This document shows, in pieces, positions 23,233-35,534 of a stretch of 64,000 nt of DNA. A model generated the notes under the pieces. That model had not been told where the DNA came from and made no database searches. It was given only the letters and a program-made list of their open reading frames with translations. This DNA comes from Octopus sinensis (lineage: Eukaryota): NCBI RefSeq assembly GCF_006345805.1, contig NC_043016.1:11284001-11348000 (forward strand), in the 5' to 3' direction. Both the position numbers and the translations under genes were made by a program. The first letter of the stretch is position 1; the number at the start of each line of letters is the position of its first letter.

Positions 23233-23962
23233 TTGAATAAATCCACTTTCATGCAAGTTGAAAATGAAAGCAAAAGCAAAGTCAAACTTATATTTCGATA
23301 TTTCAAGCATAAAAACTCTTTATCAAACTTAATCAAAAAAAAAAAAAAAATGCACAGATCAGAAATTACGAAGTGGTTATGTTATGAATGCCAATATTGA
23401 AGGACACTAGTGGCATGAAGAGACCAATAATGTTAAATCAGCTAATCAGTGTCGTTTAGGCCATATCTGGTATTGTTAATGAGTAAATATTGTTTCCTTA
23501 ATAAAAATGACTGTAAAAAGCCTTGGGCTTTCCTTTCTTCCACTGTCACTCTTTCCACCTGTATTTGCTTGCATGTCTGTGTGTGATCTGGTGCTGGTGG
23601 TGGTGATGGTGTGTGTGTGTGTGTGCATGCATTTGCCTCCCGCACCGGAAAGCAGTCTCCAAAATAGTTCGACAGTTCAGTCAGTTGTGTCAAATCAGCA
23701 GCATCCAAACATCTGCCCCCCCAAAATCTCCTTCTGTTAATATGCATACATTGCTATTCCAAGACATACATTTTCTCGAGGAAGACCTAAATTGTGCAAG
23801 CTCTGCATTCAAATCTTCACTGCAGATTACCTCATGGCCTGCTCAATCATTTTAATTGTTACTGTTTGAAAAAGCAAGTGTTGTTGATGGAGGTGTGAGC
23901 CTCGTTGAGGTTTATATTATCCAGTAAGTCTCTAATAAAATATGTTGAGTAGCCATTATCAA

Positions 23963-24111
23963 TTAACAGCACCTTTTGGAACTTCTTGATGTTGAAAGAT
24001 CCCTTCCCCGACTTTCCTGCATCTGTTGTGCATGCAGGAGAGATTTCATTTCATGTATAAGCAGTTTTGGCTTTGTTAAGTAGAGTTTTTGCTCCCTTAA
24101 AATAACATCTG
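23963..24111 (-). CDS. Candidate terminal exon of an unidentified gene or pseudogene (weak SDR16C/RDH10-like resemblance)
   Basis: Strong acceptor tttttgtttgtttgacacttactactttgcag|. Phase-1 frame: DVILREQKLYLTKPKLLIHEMKSLLHAQQMQESRGRDLSTSRSSKRCC*. No transcript or homology search was available. Confidence 0.3.
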
Positions 24112-24672
24112 CTGCAAAGTAGTAAGTGTCAAACAAACAAAAAAGAATATTGGAAATTTCAGGATTAAAGAGGCTATTCTTATTAAAACAGACTGGCTGA
24201 TTTAACACTGCCAGTTTGAACATGTTGCAGCCACACTCCCCATTCCCACCCACCGAATAGTATTTAAAAAGTAATTTACTGTTTTGGTACTTATGAACTG
24301 TGGAGAATAGAAAACAGAGCTAGCTACATTTCCATTTTCTTTTAATAAGATTTCATATATAAAATATTGAAAGATAAATAAAACTATAAACACCTTGCTA
24401 CTACTTTGCTTGTTTTTTTTCACTCCATTTTAAATTTGCATCAGTGATTTTCTTAAAAAACTATATGTAAGTGTGTGTGTGTGTGGGTGTATATATTTAT
24501 ATATATATATCATCATCATCGTTTAATGTCTGCTTTCCAGGCTTGCATAGGTTAAGGTGCATTACAGCTGTTGCCAACTCCATCTTGGTTCTTTTACAAT
24601 TTAAATAGTTTATTCTATCAGATCCTATATATATATACTTAATCATATCGAAGTGAAATTAATAGAAATTTT

Positions 24673-24682
24673 CACTTCCGGT
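24673..24682. promoter_or_regulatory. ETS-family consensus site (CACTTCCGGT / ACCGGAAGTG)
   Basis: Exact consensus match in non-repeat-looking sequence; a single motif only. Confidence 0.25.
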
Positions 24683-24808
24683 GGCCTAGCATGTAAAAAT
24701 TTAGTCCAAAGACTATGTAGCAGTCATAAAATACAGTGTACATTTAAACACATAAGGAATCCACTCGTGGGATTCAACACGCTAGAAAGAACAGCTAGGT
24801 TCTATAAC

Positions 24809-24919
24809 CACAAAATTAGGGATAAAATCCGACAGGAATGAAATGAAAAATAAAAACTAGATGGTAAAAGTTTATATTTTTTCATTTTGTTCCTGTCAGA
24901 TTTTACCCCTAATTTTGTG
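24809..24919. repeat. About 110-bp imperfect hairpin (about 50-bp arms, 10-nt loop)
   Basis: CACAAAATTAGGGATAAAATCCGACAGGAA... pairs with ...TTCCTGTCAGATTTTACCCCTAATTTTGTG. Confidence 0.8.
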
Positions 24920-25314
24920 TATATATATATATATATACACATGTGGGAAGAAAGTTAGCTTCAAGCAATCTGTAGTGATTCTGACTGATTCTTCCACGCG
25001 TTAACATGTACTTCCATGCAGCAATGTGAACTTTCATTTAATCAAAATATTTTTCACATGAAGAGAAACCTGCACTATACACCTCGCCCAGGTATTTACC
25101 ACTTCTGAGGTTCTGCTCACTATGAAACATATGTAGCCCAGATCTTATTCATTCCATTCCGTGACTCCTCTATTCTTGTGTGTGTGTGTGTGAGTGTGTG
25201 GTGTGTGTGTGTGTGTGAGTGTGTGTGTGTGTGTGTGTGAGTGTGTGTGAGTGTATGTACATACATATATATATATATGTATGTATTATAAGATTCACTT
25301 CAACATTTAAATAG

Positions 25315-25543
25315 GCGGCGAGCTGGTAGAAACGTTAGCACACCGGGCGAAATTCATAGCAGTATTTCGCCTGTCGTTACGTTCCGAGTTCAAATTCCGC
25401 TGAGGTCGACTTTGCCTTTCATCCTTTTGGGGTCGATAAATTAAGTACCAGTTGCGCACTGGGGCCGATGTAATCAACTTAATCCCTTTGTCTGTCCTTG
25501 TTTGTCCCCTCTATGTTTAGCCCGTTGTGGGTAGTAAAGAAAT
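25315..25543 (+). mobile_element. SINE family 2
   Basis: GGCGGCGAGCTGGTAGAAACGTTAGC...GTAAAGAAATA. Confidence 0.9.
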
Positions 25544-25585
25544 ATATATATATATATATACACACACAAACACACACACATAATC

Positions 25586-25699
25586 ATAATTTAGGTATCT
25601 AAGAGATACCACCACGCTGGAAGTAGCAGTCAAAACTTGTTCCTAAAACCACATTAAATGTTTCCACCATGGTGGTATCTCTTAGATACCCTAAATTAT
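25586..25699. mobile_element. Small MITE-like inverted repeat (about 30-bp arms)
   Basis: ATAATTTAGGTATCTAAGAGATACCACCA / TGGTGGTATCTCTTAGATACCCTAAATTAT. Confidence 0.6.
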
Positions 25700-26050
25700 A
25701 ATTTTAAATAATTATTACCTTTGAAAGGTTTTTATTCCCATGCTGACCACCTGATAAGGTTAGTATTTAAATATTGATCTTATCCTTATCTTTCTTTCTT
25801 TTTTTTTTCTTGTATATATATATATATATATATATAACAATTGCAGCATGGAGTGTTTATAAGCCATTTAAGAGACATGCAAAACCGTTAGATTCACTTC
25901 AACATTTAAATTTATTTTGCCAAAATATTTTCGTTGCTTTGAGACTGTGACCTGTTTGCTGAAAAAATTCCATGCTACAACTGTATTTGTTTTAGCACAC
26001 AATCTCAGATCAGGTCACTTGCTATGCAAGTACATCTCTGCAATATATAT

Positions 26051-26054
<4 letters not shown>

Positions 26055-26088
<34 letters not shown>

Positions 26089-26830
26089 TTAGCGTCCGTT
26101 TTCCATGCTAGCATGGGTTGGACGGTTCAACTGGGGTCTGGGGAGCCCGAAGGCTGCACCAGGCCAGTCAGATCTGGCAGTGTTTCTACAGCTGGATGCC
26201 CTTCCTAACGCCAACCACTCCGAGAGTGTAGTGGGTGATTTTATGTGCCACCGACACAGGTGCCAGACGAGGCTGGCAGACGGCCACGCTCGGATGGTGT
26301 TTTTATGTGCCATCGACACAGGTGCCAGATGAGGCTGGCGAACAGCCACGATTGGATGGTGTTTGTTACGTGCCCACAGCACGGAGGCCAGTCGATGCGG
26401 TACTGGCTACGGCCACGTTCGGATGGTTTTCTTGTGTGCCACCGGCACTGGTACCACAAAGATACAAATTCCATTGATGTTCATCTATTTTGATTTGTTT
26501 TGATTTTCACTTGCCTCAACAGGTCTTCACAAGTGTCACAAGAAGGAAGGTATGCACAGGTGGACTGACTACGTCCCAGTAGGGGCCACGGGTTATGGCC
26601 TGACTAGTCTTGCGGGTCTTCGGATGGTGTTTTTATGTGCCACCGACACAGGTGCCAGATGAGGCTGGCGAACGGCCACGATCGGATGGTGTTTGTTACG
26701 TAGGCTGGCGAATGGCCACGATCGGATGGTGTTTGTTACGTGCCCACAGCACGGAGGCCAGTCGATGCGGTACTGGCTACCGCCACGTTCGGATGGTTTT
26801 CTTGTGTGCCACCGGCACTGGTACCACATA
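26055..26830 (-). mobile_element. Non-autonomous retro-repeat with (GAT)n tail (RTE-type 3' end) and internal tandem subrepeats
   Basis: (CAT)n-TTTAGCGTCCGTTTTCCATGCTAGCATGGG end, as in other copies; repeated CGGATGGTGTTTTTATGTGCCACCG units. The block at about 26230-26460 is duplicated at about 26620-26830. Confidence 0.7.
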
Positions 26831-26897
26831 AATATATATATATGTATATATATATATATACATATATATGAATGTGTGTGTGTGTATATATATATGT

Positions 26898-27272
26898 GGA
26901 GGTGCAATGGCCCAGTGGTTAGGGCAGCGGACTCGCAGTCGTAGGATCGCGGTTTCGATTCCCAGACCGGGCGTTGTGAGTGTTTATTGAGCGAAAACAC
27001 CTAAAAGCTCCACGAGGCTCCGGCAGGGGATGATGGTGATCCCTGCTGTACTCTTTCACCACAACTTTCTCTTACTTCCTGTTTCTGTTGTACTTGTATT
27101 TCAAAGGGCTGGCCTTGTCACTCCCTGTGTCACGCTGAATATCCCCAAGAACTACGTTAAGAGTACACGTGTCTGTGGAGTGCTCAGCCACTTACACGTT
27201 AATTTCACGAGCAGGCTGTTCCGTTGATCGGATCAAACGGAACCCTCGTCGTCAGAACCGACGGAGTGCTTC
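26898..27272 (+). mobile_element. SINE family 3, young full copy (tRNA-Arg-like head)
   Basis: GGTGCAATGGCCCAGTGGTTAGGGCAGCGGACTCGCAGTCG...GGTTTCGATTCC. Confidence 0.85.
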
Positions 27273-27802
27273 CATATATATATATATAAAGAGAGGGGAA
27301 GTGGGAAAGAGTGCAAGAGAATACTAATTTTGAAAGAAGTTTACATATGAACGTTTTTGTCAAAGAAAATATATATGTACATATATATGTATGAGTGCAT
27401 GCATATGTATTCTTTTGTTCTTTTTACTCTTTTATTTGTTTCAGTCATTTGACTGCGGCCACGCTGGAGCACCACCTTTAGTCAAGCAAATCGTTCTATC
27501 GGTCTTTTTGCCAAACTGCTAAGTTACAGGAACGTAAATACACCCGCATCGGTTGTCAAGCAATGGGGTGGGGCAAACACAGACACAAACATATGTATGT
27601 ATATATATATATAACGGGCTTCTTTCAGTTTCCATCTACCAAATCCACTCACAAGGCCCGAGGCTGTAGTAGAAGACACTTGCCCAATGTGCCATGCAGT
27701 GGGATTGAACCCAGAACCATGTGGTTGGTTAGCAAGCTTATGCATGTGTGTGTATATATATATACACACATACATATGTATAGGTATATACATATATATA
27801 TA

Positions 27803-27861
<59 letters not shown>

Positions 27862-27976
27862 TACTCACATATTATTGTATTTCTTTTACCTTGTACAATG
27901 TATACATCACTTCCATTTATAGTTTGATGCCAAAGAAATAAATTTCACTTCTGAATACTTTAAAGTTTTTTTTTTT

Positions 27977-29556
27977 CTTTTACTTGTTTCAGTCATTTGA
28001 CTGCGGCCATGCTGGAGCACCGCCTTTAGTCGAGCAACTCGACCCCGGGACTTATTATTTTGTAAGCCTAGTACTTATTCTATCGGTCCCTTTTTGCCGA
28101 ACCACTAAGTGACAGGGACATAAACACACCAGCATTGGTTGTCAAGCAATGCTAGGTGGACAAACATAAACACACACACATACATATATATATACATATA
28201 CGACAGGCTTCTTTAAGTTTCTGTCTACCAAATCCACTCACAAGGCATTGGTCGGCCTGGGGCTATAGCAGAAGACACTTGCCCAAGATGCCACGCAGTG
28301 GGACTGAACCCGGAACCATGTGGTTGGTTAGCAAGCTACTTACCACACAGCCACTCCTGCGCCTATGTCTTTCTTCTTTATTACCATTCCACACCATTGC
28401 TATGCATAAGATGCACCAGTCCATCACTGGATGGTTCCAACACACCAAGGAGTTCTGGTGGCTGAAATACACTCACTACAATTTGCCCACTGTTTCTTAC
28501 CTGTGTCTCTTTTTCATTATCCTCTCTCCTCACCCTCTCACCATGTTTGTCCTTTGTTCCCTCCTACTTCTGTTTCACTCTCCTCAAACAGTAGGTCTTT
28601 GCTACTTCCTTCCTCTTGTTCTCACTCCACTTCTAAGGTACCTGCCTCTTTCCATACTCTTCTTCAGGCATCATTGTGCATGTCTGTGTGTGTGTATACA
28701 TATATGAATACGGTGAGCTGGCAGAAATGGTAGCACGCCGGGCGAAATGCTTGGCCGTATTTCGTCTGTCGTTACGTTCCGAGTTCAAATTCCGCCGAGG
28801 TTGACTTTGCCTTTCATCCTTTTGGGGTCGATAAATTAAGTACCAGTTACGCACTGGGGTCGAAATAATCAACTTAATCCATTTGTCTGTCCTTGTTTGT
28901 CCTCTCTGTGTTTAGCCCCTTACTCTTTTACTTGTTTCAGTCATTTGATTGCGGCCATGCTGGAGCACCGCCTTCAGTCGAGCAAATCGACCCCGGGACT
29001 TATTCTTTGTGAGCCCAGTACTTATTCTATTGGTCACTTTTGCCGAACCGCTAAGTGACGGGGACGTAAACACACCAGCATCAGTTGTCAAGCAATTCTA
29101 AGGGGGACAAACACAGACACACAAACACGTACACACACACATATACATATATACAACAGGCTTCTTTCAGTTTCCATCTACCAAATCCACTCACAAGGCA
29201 TTGGTCAGCCCGAGGCTATAGCAGAAGACACTTGCCCAAGATGCCACGCAGTGGGACTGAACCCGGAACCATGTGGTTGGTTAGCAAGCTACTTACCACA
29301 CAGCCACTCCTGCGCCTATATATGAATACAGCGAGCTGGCAGAAACATTAGCACACTGGGTGAAATGCTTGGCCATATTTCGTGTGTCGTTACGTTCCGA
29401 GTTTAAATTCCGTCAAGGTCGACTTTGCCTTTCATCCTTTTGGGGGTCGATAAATTAAGTACCAGTTATGCACTGGGTCGATATAATCGACTTAATCTGT
29501 TTGTCTGTCCTTGTTTGTCCCCTTCTGTGTTTAGCCCCTTGTGGGTAGTAAAGAAA
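27977..29556. mobile_element. Two consecutive head-to-head SINE1(-)/SINE2(+) pairs
   Basis: SINE1 at 27977-28365 and 28921-29317; SINE2 at 28712-28920 and 29331-29556. Confidence 0.85.
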
Positions 29557-30005
29557 TATATTTGAATACATACACATATAAGTACATATAATGTTTGCAT
29601 ATAAATGTAAAAACTTCTAAGGACTACCCTCTTAATGGAAACTGCTTTACAGGTTTCTTGGTCCACTGCTTTCATTGTATTCTCTTTTTATTTCCCTTCT
29701 TCCTCTATGGTATTCTCCAGTCTTTCATTCCTTTCCTGCTTCCTCACACACCACCTTTTTTTAAAAAAAATTTTTTTTTATATCTCTAATGCCTTTCATA
29801 CTCACCCTAATAATGTGGATTAGCTCTGAAATACCTTACACAACCCACCTTATCAACCTTAGCATTCTGGCTCCCCCTTACCCTCAAACCCCTGATACTA
29901 ACCCTTTCTCTATCCCTTATTCTATTCAATTCCCTCCCACTATTTTGGTACTCTCCTCACAATTCACTTCTTCAAACTGCAAATCACACTCTTCATACTT
30001 TAACC

Positions 30006-30204
30006 CAGTGTTTCTCAACCAGGGTGCCTCGGAGCCCTAGGGTTCCACAAAAGGTTCTTAGGGGTTCCACAAGAAAGAATGAGATAAGCTAATACTAATT
30101 TCATGATCATAATATTACTATACATGCACAACATATCATTGGTTATTGTAGTATTGTAATATAGACATCATCCTAGCTAGCCTATTATCAAGAAAATATA
30201 ACAA

Positions 30205-30238
<34 letters not shown>

Positions 30239-30395
30239 CACACACACATATATACATATATACATACATACCACATGAACTATGAAGAAAAACGTATGAG
30301 AGAGCTATGGTATAATAATTTATTTTTTGCAGGAGTTCCTTGAGGCATAATATATTTTAAGAGTTATGCAAAGGTAAAAAGGTAGAGAAATATTG
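30006..30395. mobile_element. hAT (Charlie-like) MITE, degraded
   Basis: Left TIR CAGTGTTTCTCAACC, right GGTAGAGAAATATTG; flanks CTTTAACC and CTTTACCT (imperfect 8-bp TSD). Confidence 0.6.
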
Positions 30396-30631
30396 CTTTA
30401 CCTCTCTTCTCACTCCACCAAGAATCATCACCCTTTCCCACCACTCACCACTGTTTTCTCTCAGACATAAGGCAAATTTCAAGGCAACCCCCACTAATGA
30501 TGGTGCTACAAAAAAAAAAGAAGAAAAAAACCAACACTCACTATATGTTGTAAAGTGATTACGCATTAGGAAGGACATCAGGCCATAGAAACAATGCCAA
30601 AGCAGAAAACAGAGTCTTCTAACATGTTGGA

Positions 30632-31096
30632 TAAACACACCAGCATCGGTTGTCAAGGGATGTTGTGGGGACAAACACAGACATACAAACACACACATAT
30701 ATACATATAAACATATACATGTTTCTTTATTATCCACAAGGGGCTAACCATTGAGGGGACAAACAAGGACAGAGAAACGGATTAAGTCAATTACATCGAT
30801 CACAGTGCGTAACTGGTATTTATTTAATCGACCCCAAGAGGATGAAAGGCAAGTCGACCTCTGCCGAGGTCGACTTTGCCTTTCATCCTCTTGGGGTCGA
30901 TTAAATAAATACCAGTTACGCACTGTGATCGATGTAATTGACTTAATCCGTTTCTCTGTCCTTGTTTGTCCCCTCAATGGTTAGCCCCTTGTGGATAATA
31001 AAGAAACATGTATATGTTTATATGTATATATGTGTGTGTTTGTATGTCTGTGTTTGTCCCCACAACATCGCTTGACAACCGATGCTGGTGTGTTTA
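30632..31096. repeat. Near-perfect 465-bp palindrome spanning SINE1 and SINE2 sequence
   Basis: Arms 30632-30861 and 30866-31096, with a 4-nt loop TGCC. Confidence 0.95.
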
Positions 31097-32767
31097 CGTC
31101 CCCGTAACTTAGCAGTTCAGCAAAAGAGACCAATAGGCTTACAAAGAATAAGTCCTGGGGTCCATTTGCTCGGTGTTCCAGCATGGCCACAGTCAAATGA
31201 CTGAAACAAATAAAAGAGTAAAAGAGAGAGTAAAGAATATTTAAAACATCACTCTTTCAAAAACAGAACCATAAGCTGCTAAATCAAAAGTGACATCTGG
31301 AATTTTTATCAAAAATGTTGACCACATCCACATACAACCATTCTCTCTCCCTTACATTAATGAATACAAAAAAAAAATTTAAATAAGACCTTGAAATATA
31401 ATTTTAAATTCTTACTGGAGAGAATCAAAAACAACATCTGGTTTTCCAATTAAAAACTCTGATCATTTGAACACAAAAATTCCTTTTCAACCCCACCCAA
31501 AAGGCCACTAAATGGAAAAAAAAAACTAACATACTAGCTCCTAATCAAACAAGTCTGACCACACTGATACAAAAGCAAAGCTTCCTTTACATTCCCTCCT
31601 TCTCAAACTATTTTCTTCTTTCTTTTCCCTTCCTTCCATCAAACCCTTCAAAAAAAACAAAAATACAATCCCAAGATACACTCCTACTTTCTTTTCTCTA
31701 TCTTCATTATCTCCCACTCTCTCATACCTACATCCTCCTTTCTAATTTGTTCTTCTATTTCCCCTCCCCTCCTCCTCTCTCTTTCTAAAACATCATCAGT
31801 TTCAATTTTATGTAAAAAAGTTGAAGAAAACTTACTATTAACCACTTTTTTGATAGATCCAATAATGGAAGAAAATGCTAAAAATGTGAATAAAAATATA
31901 CATAATCATTCAACATTCTGACTTCTTTGTTATTTTCAGTATACAATATCTATTTAGTTTGGCTCAGATTAAAAAAAAATTTTTTTTTTAACTAAACAAT
32001 TTGAAACTTAGTATACTGGTGTAATTTTTCATGTAGAACACGGTTTACTTTGAACATTTTCAACAAAATTTCATACTTTAGAAGTTATTTCATGTTAAGT
32101 ATTTGGGTAATTTTAAGCAATCAATTAAGTGCGTTCAGTTGAAGAAAGCTACTGCTGTTTGCAATAGTAATCAGAGAGGAACAACTACCAGATCATCTCT
32201 ACGAAATGTCACCACTCTGTTCTATTTATATGTTATCTTTTCTTCTTTTCTAGTCAGCACTGTGCATTCCTTCTTCTTTCCCTCTCTATTGGCAGACCAC
32301 TTCTATGCTATCAACTACCAACTAGCAAGTGAACTTGTCACTGCCACTACAATTACTGTATTTTCCAGGGTACAAGCCACTATTTTTTACCTGGAAAATT
32401 TAGTGTGTGACTAAATTTTAAATAAAGCATATTACTCTACCTCTGGTATTTGAGTACCCTTTTTTACACCTTGTTTCACATTTATGTGTTTACTCCGGTA
32501 TATATATATATATATATATGCATATATGTGCAATAGGTTGTCCACATCTTGTGCCTTATAGCTGTGCTCACCAGCAGTGCACCCTATATAGTCATCAAAG
32601 ACATACCACAATATTATATAATATTATATTATACATCTTCTGCAATGGATTTGGAATTATAGGACCTGGGATATTCAACAAGGAATATTCCAACACCACC
32701 AAAGGAAATCTATACAAGGTGACTGCTGCTGCTAGAGAAAATAATGGTTATTCAGAGAATTAGGGTT

Positions 32768-33076
32768 GAATTATTTGCCACTTGTTTTGCTGTGTGTGTG
32801 TGTGTGTGAGTTTGGAGTATATTGTCAAAGTATTTTTCCATTTATCTTTTTTCTATTGAGATGTGATCAGTAGTTCTGACCAGCTGTGTTTGTGTGTGTG
32901 TGTTGTTTTGTCTGTGTAAGTGTACACAGACATACACACTGGTCAGAACTACTGACCACATCTCCTCAATAGAAAAAAAAAGATAGAAAGAAAAATTCTT
33001 GGACAATATACCCCAAACACACAGACACACAGACACACACACTCACACATACAGCAAAGCAAATGACAAATAATTC
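32768..33076. repeat. Degenerate inverted repeat (about 115-bp arms, about 55-bp spacer)
   Basis: GAATTATTTGCC...CAGTAGTTCTGACCAG pairs with CTGGTCAGAACTACTG...GACAAATAATTC. Confidence 0.8.
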
Positions 33077-33689
33077 CATCTGAATTCTTTCAATAACCAT
33101 CCTTAAAAAACATTCAACCATTTTCTCTCAGTAGAAAAAGAAAAAGAAGAATGTCTTTGACAATAGATTCCAAACAAAAACACACAGCTGGCTAAACCAT
33201 GAATAAGAGGCTTTCCTATTCAATTGAAAAGACTTCCTGAAACCTGAACTCTTGAACCCCACTTCAGACCCTGCATAGACAAAACCTTCATAAGAGACTG
33301 ACTAAATCAAAATTTCATTAAGAACTAAAATTTGTCTACAAACTGTCAGACCCCACAAAAAATGTTGTTTCTCTCTGACTCCCCACCTCGACCCCCCCCA
33401 ATTCTTTCTAATATTTGATAAGACTGAGTAATATTTTATTAAACATTCTCTAAAATATAGTTCTGTGCTGTTTCCAGCTTTATTTACTTTAACTATATAT
33501 ACATACATATATATATATATATATATCATGGAATTTTGTCAGTGAACAGGTTGCAGTTTCAAAGCGTAAATACCAAAGTGAAAGTAACAGTTTTTGTGTT
33601 TTTAAATGGTTTATAAACCTCTTCCATGCTGCATATATATATATATATGTATATATATATATGTGTGTATGTGTGATAACTATGCCAGT

Positions 33690-34450
33690 GGCACATAAAA
33701 GGCACCATCCGTACGTAGCTGATGCCAGCGCCACATGACTGGCATTCATGTCGGTGACACGTAAAAAGCACCCACTACACTCACAGAGTGGTTGGCATTA
33801 GGAAGGGCATCCACCCATAGAAACACTGCCAGGTCAGACTGGAGACTGGTGCAGCTTCCTGGCTTCCCAGACCCCAGACCCCAGTCGAACCATCCAACCA
33901 TGCTAGCATGGAAAATAGAAGTTAAACGATGATGATGATGATGATGATATATACATATATCATCATCATTATCATCGTTTAACTTCTGTTTTCCATGCTA
34001 GCATGGGTTGGATGGTTTGTTTGACTGGGGTCTGGGAACCAGGAAGCTGCACCAGTCTCCAGTCTGATCTGGCAGTGTTTCTAGAGCTGGGTGCCAGTCT
34101 GGTGGTACTGGCTACAGCCATGCTTGAAATGGTGTTTCTTTACATGCCACCTGCACAGGAGTCAGTCCAGTGGCACTGGAAATGACCTTGCTCAAATAAT
34201 TTGTTCACGTGCCACCAGCACAAGTGCCAGTAAGGTGACACAAGTAACAATCACGCTCAAATGGTGCTTTTAACGTGCCCACCAGCATGGAAGCTAAATA
34301 GCTGCTCTGGCAGTGATCCCGCTTGGATGGAGCTGTTAGCGCACCAATGGCACGAGTGCCAGTCATTGAATTTGGTTCAATTTCGATTTCACTTGCCCCA
34401 ACAGGTCTTCACAAGCAGAGTTTTGTGTCCAAAGAAGTGAAGGTTTGCAG
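33690..34450. mobile_element. Tail-to-tail pair of RTE-tailed non-autonomous repeats
   Basis: A + copy ends in (GAT)n at about 33948; an inverted copy begins at about 33958. Confidence 0.8.
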
Positions 34451-35534
34451 TAGTGGGCTGGCTACATGTATGTATGTATTTGTGTGTCTGTGTTTGTCCC
34501 CCCATCCTTGCTTGACAACCAATGTTGGTGCATCTATATCCCTATAACTTAGCAGTTCAGCAAAATAGATGGATAGAATAAGTACTAGGCTTACAAAGAT
34601 TAAGTCCTGGGTTCGATTTGTTTGACTAAAGTTGGTGCTCCAGCATGGCCACAGTCAAATGACTGAAACAAGTAAAAGAATAAAAGGAAAAGCACATCTG
34701 CATATATAAAATGCTTCTTTTAATTTCCATCTACGAAATCCATTCACAAGGCTTTGGTCAACCTGAGACTACAGCAGACAGCACTTGCTGATGATGCCAT
34801 GTTGTGGGATCGAACCTAGAACCATGTGGCTGGGATTCAAACTCCTTTACCACACAACCATGCCCACACCAGTTTAAAAACAAAAAAGAAGGCAGTTATT
34901 TCATTGAATGTGTACAGAATAGATAAACAAATAAAAGTAATGATACAACACCAGCAATTTCAGTGGGGAGGGGAGATTAAGTCGATTACGTCGACCCCAG
35001 TGTTTCACTGGAACTTATTTTATCAACCCCAAGAAGATGAAAGGCAAAGTCAACCATGGCAGAATTTGAACTCAGAAAGTAAAGACGGACAGAATGCTGT
35101 TGAGCACTTTCTCAATGTGCTGATGGAAAAATGCCATCAAGCATATTTTCTGTCACAGTAACAATTCTATCAGCTTGCCTCCTTAGAATTTTTGTCATGC
35201 TGGCTTCAAATTTTGGCACAGGGCATGGAACGGTGGGGAGAAGAGGAGCTAGTTACCTTGACTCCCAGTGTTCAACTGGCCCTTATTTAATCAACCCTCT
35301 AAAAAGATGAAAGGCAAAGTCAACCTTGACAGAAATTGAACTCAGAATGTAAAGACAGACAAAAAGTTGCTAAGCACTCCCCCCTAACAATTCTGCCAGC
35401 TTCTCACCTTTATAATTCTGTCATATTAACTAAAGGTAAATTTGGTCATTCACAGAACCTCCTTCAGACTCAAATGCTATTTATATCAGATAGTGAAATA
35501 GATAAATAAATAGAATATAGTGATATTTGTATGC

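Noticed and set aside
23700-23990. Peptides LLIDNGYSTYFI and ICSEDLNAEL, reminiscent of PLE RT thumb motifs
   Set aside because: They are in different frames and out of expected order and spacing, and too short to distinguish from chance.
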